Below are positions 61,262-64,000 of a DNA stretch of 64,000 nt, piece after piece. Each line of letters opens with the position of its first letter. Position 1 is the first letter of the stretch. The notes under the pieces were generated by a model. It saw only the letters and a list, made by a program, of their open reading frames with translations. It made no database searches and was not told the DNA's origin. A program made the position numbers and the translations under genes. The stretch lies in assembly GCA_001662655.1 (NCBI GenBank), contig KV460211.1. One strand, given 5' to 3'. The stretch is from Pseudogymnoascus verrucosus (taxonomy: Eukaryota).

Positions 61262-61540
61262 AACTTGATATAGTTCGAGACAATACCTAAACCTTCCCTG
61301 TCTTTTAAAAGTATATACACATCATCGTGTATTTCAATTCTAGCGTGCTCATATTCACATAGTTGAGAACAATTGGCTCTTATCGACTGACGTTGAAGTC
61401 CATCCACGAGCTATGATGGCCGGCACCACTAATAATCCCCGACCTCTCCTAACCCTCTCGGCAACTCCCGCACCCGCCATCAACGCAGTCAACACGTATC
61501 ATTCCAAACCCCCCTCAACCACCACAAACATACCGCAACA

Positions 61541-62605
61541 ATGGATCCCTTCTCCTCCGAAGTCGAGCTCGTCGACCTGCGCGACCACTTCGCCGCCGGC
61601 CGCTTCCAAGAAGTTGTCGACTACGACACCGCCTCCCTGTCCCCCGAAAACAAAGTCCCGGCCCACATCCTCGCCCTCCGCGCCAAAGTCGCCCTGGGAG
61701 AAGCAAAGGAGGCCCTCGAGGAGATCAAGGATGCGGAGAGCGGTCCGGAGTATAGCGCTGTGAAGGCGTATGCTGAGCATGCGGTGGGAAAGACAAAGGA
61801 TGCGCTGAAGGCGGCGGAGGAGCTCGTGGAGAGCAACCCGGATAATGCGACGGTGCAGCTGCTGGCGGGGTCGGTGCTGCAGAGTGAGGGGAAGACGGAG
61901 GAGGCGCTGGCGTTGCTGTCGCAGCATCAGGGAAATTGTGGGTTATTATGCTTTTGGGGGTTACGTTTACAATGCTGATGTTATGGATAGTGGAGGCTGT
62001 TGCGCTTATTGTGCAGATACATTTACAGCAGAACCGCACCGATTTGGCTCTTAAGGAGGTGCTTGCGGCGAAGAAGTGGGCGCAAGATAACTTGTTGATC
62101 AATATCGCGGAGTCGTGGGTTGCACTGAGGGTGGTACGTATTTGATAATCCGGCGGTGCTGGTTCAGGAGATTCAAGAAAGTTAACTGATACATCGAATA
62201 GGGCGGAGAGAAGTATCAGGAAGCATTCTACGTCTTCGAGGAGATCGCACAAGCCCCTTCAGGAGCAGCAACGCTGGCCCTGCTATCACAAGCCGTTTCC
62301 GAGATCCACCTGGGACGCTTCGAGGAGGCCGAGGCCGCACTGAGCCAGGCAATCAAGCAATTCCCCGAGAACGCCGATGTGATCGCGAACATGGCCGTCC
62401 TGTCGATTCTGTCTGGGAAAGACCGCAGCGAATACGTGCAGTAAGTTAATAATCTGCCCCCCGTGCTGAAGTCCAAGTCGTTAACTCGTTTATTAGGAGC
62501 TTGCAAAAGCTAGACCCCGAACACCCATATATTAAGGGAGTAGAAGAGAAGAGCGACCTCTTTGATAAGGCAGCGTCTAAGTTCGCGGCCAAGGTTGGGG
62601 CATGA
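61541..62605 (+). CDS. SEC28: Coatomer subunit epsilon; exons 61541-61937, 61991-62133, 62202-62440, 62498-62605
   Basis: MDPFSSEVELVDLRDHF, LEAVALIVQIHLQQNRTDLALKEV..KKWAQDNLLINIAESWV..|GGEKYQEAFYVFEE, HPYI..EEKSDLFDKAASKF. Confidence 0.93.
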
Positions 62606-62946
62606 TGGGAATGAAATCGGAAAACTGGCGTCACGGTGCAATAGAAATCAATGAATTATCCAGTTAATTAAAAGCGTCCTATTCCATGAGGAAGTCCCCC
62701 GCATATGCATGCAGGTCGTCTCTTGAAGGGTTATTGAAAGGCCGCCCGTGGCCCAGGACTCGCCTATTCGCGCCCAGACTAGAGATAATGTGAGAAATTT
62801 GTGACTAGTACAGAGCTGAGGCCAATACATACGACACCACATATGATTCCTCTGTCCCGTTCTCGTGCTCCTCTGTAGATAAAAACTCGACAGTTGCCTT
62901 TCAGTCCCAGAGATCTCATATCAAAACCTTTCAGTCGCCATTCAAG

Positions 62947-63530
62947 ATGAGGTTTTCAGTTATCACTCTCGCATGCCTAGCTTTGCTGCTACAGTCTTCT
63001 CGCATCCGGTTACCGATGCCCTTGAGAAGCGCGACGACCACACCTTCAAAACTGTTCTCAAAACAACCTGGACTGATCTTGATGTTGCTGAGAAGGCAAT
63101 CCATAAGTACGATGACGACAACTATGAATTTATTGAAGCTGTCGACACTGCCCCCAAGAATTTACAAAAGAGTGAAAAGGAGGTTAAGGCATCTGGAGCC
63201 CTCAGTAAGGCTGGTGTTGCCGACATCAAGTTGATCTTTCAAGATTTAGTGACTGTGTCCAAGGCTCTACACGATGAGTTGATTGTCAAGAGACCTACGA
63301 TTGAGGCCACCAGGAAATGCAGGTTTATCCGCGTTAAATTGTCGCTGCTCTGGGCTTTCTCGGCCAACCTCGTCAACGCTATCGCTGACAACTCTGAGCC
63401 CAAAATCAAAGACCTCATTAGGGGTTATGCTGGAGACTACCTCGTTAATATTCGAAAAGCTGAATATGGGTTTGATGAATCGAAATGCATCGATGCGACA
63501 TACGACTTGTCGTCGCAGGGTGACCTGTAG
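62947..63530 (+). pseudogene. Second HsbA/Mp1-like secreted protein with a frameshift inside the signal peptide
   Basis: MRFSVITLAC (ATG 62947) and SFAATVFSHPVTDALEKRD.. lie in different frames. The mature part (RDDHTFKTVL, ELIVKRPTI) parallels the 17305 protein (RDLATFKTII, DTIAKKAAF). Confidence 0.6.
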
Positions 63531-64000
63531 CTGGCATATATCAGTCAATTGCTCAGAACAAGATAGAGGACCAACACGACTTGGTGGAGAATCGCAGGGT
63601 CCTGAGATCTAGCAATCAAAGAATCGCCGGTGGCTATGATCTAATGCTACGAGACAACTATATGATATTCTCGGATTTCTTAAGATAGGAGCATCACGCT
63701 TAACTCTATGAAATGCGTATGGACAACCTGCGAATCTGTGAACCCATGAACCCGTGAACCCCTGCTGAAGTTCGGTGTGTGAGCGGTCGAGACCAACAAG
63801 GGATTATTAGTGCTAACGGAACGGCACTTAGATCCGGCCGGTCCCTTGGCGGCCAGTATTGATTTACCACACAACTACAAACCATCACCCACCATCGCCA
63901 CACCACTATCAACAATCATGACGTCAGACATTTTATATGTTCCCCACGGTTGCCCCTCCTTTTTTTTTGCCCATGCGAATCAGCAATGCAATTCTATTGA

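Overview
Eukaryotic DNA from a filamentous ascomycete (short GT-AG introns with CTRAC/CTAAY branch points, a dispersed 5S rRNA gene). A Leotiomycete such as Pseudogymnoascus is my impression only. The window has two compartments. The left part (~1-23 kb) is accessory-like and decaying: an SDR / Zn2Cys6 TF / Baeyer-Villiger monooxygenase / dehydrogenase remnant / amine permease cluster, a GH36 alpha-galactosidase next to a sugar porter carrying a W->TAG nonsense codon, an eroded small Cys-rich secreted protein gene, an HsbA-like gene, 5S rRNA, a DUF4246 pseudogene, two MITE-like inverted repeats (one a perfect 74-bp palindrome) and RIP-like TpA-rich tracts. The right part (~23.5-64 kb) holds mostly intact housekeeping genes: Flo8/Som1, Tfb6, PPIL4 cyclophilin, a C6 TF, RPS24, Efm3, an SP-RING protein, Boi, TinA and Sec28. 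The best candidate for an undescribed system is a head-to-head pair at 50.8-54.9 kb: a Met-rich ferric/cupric reductase and a GPI-anchored Bim1/X325-like histidine-brace protein, sharing a promoter dense in GCTCA (Mac1/CuRE-like) motifs, i.e. a putative copper-acquisition module. All exon structures and family calls are from manual reading and motif recognition; no searches were run.
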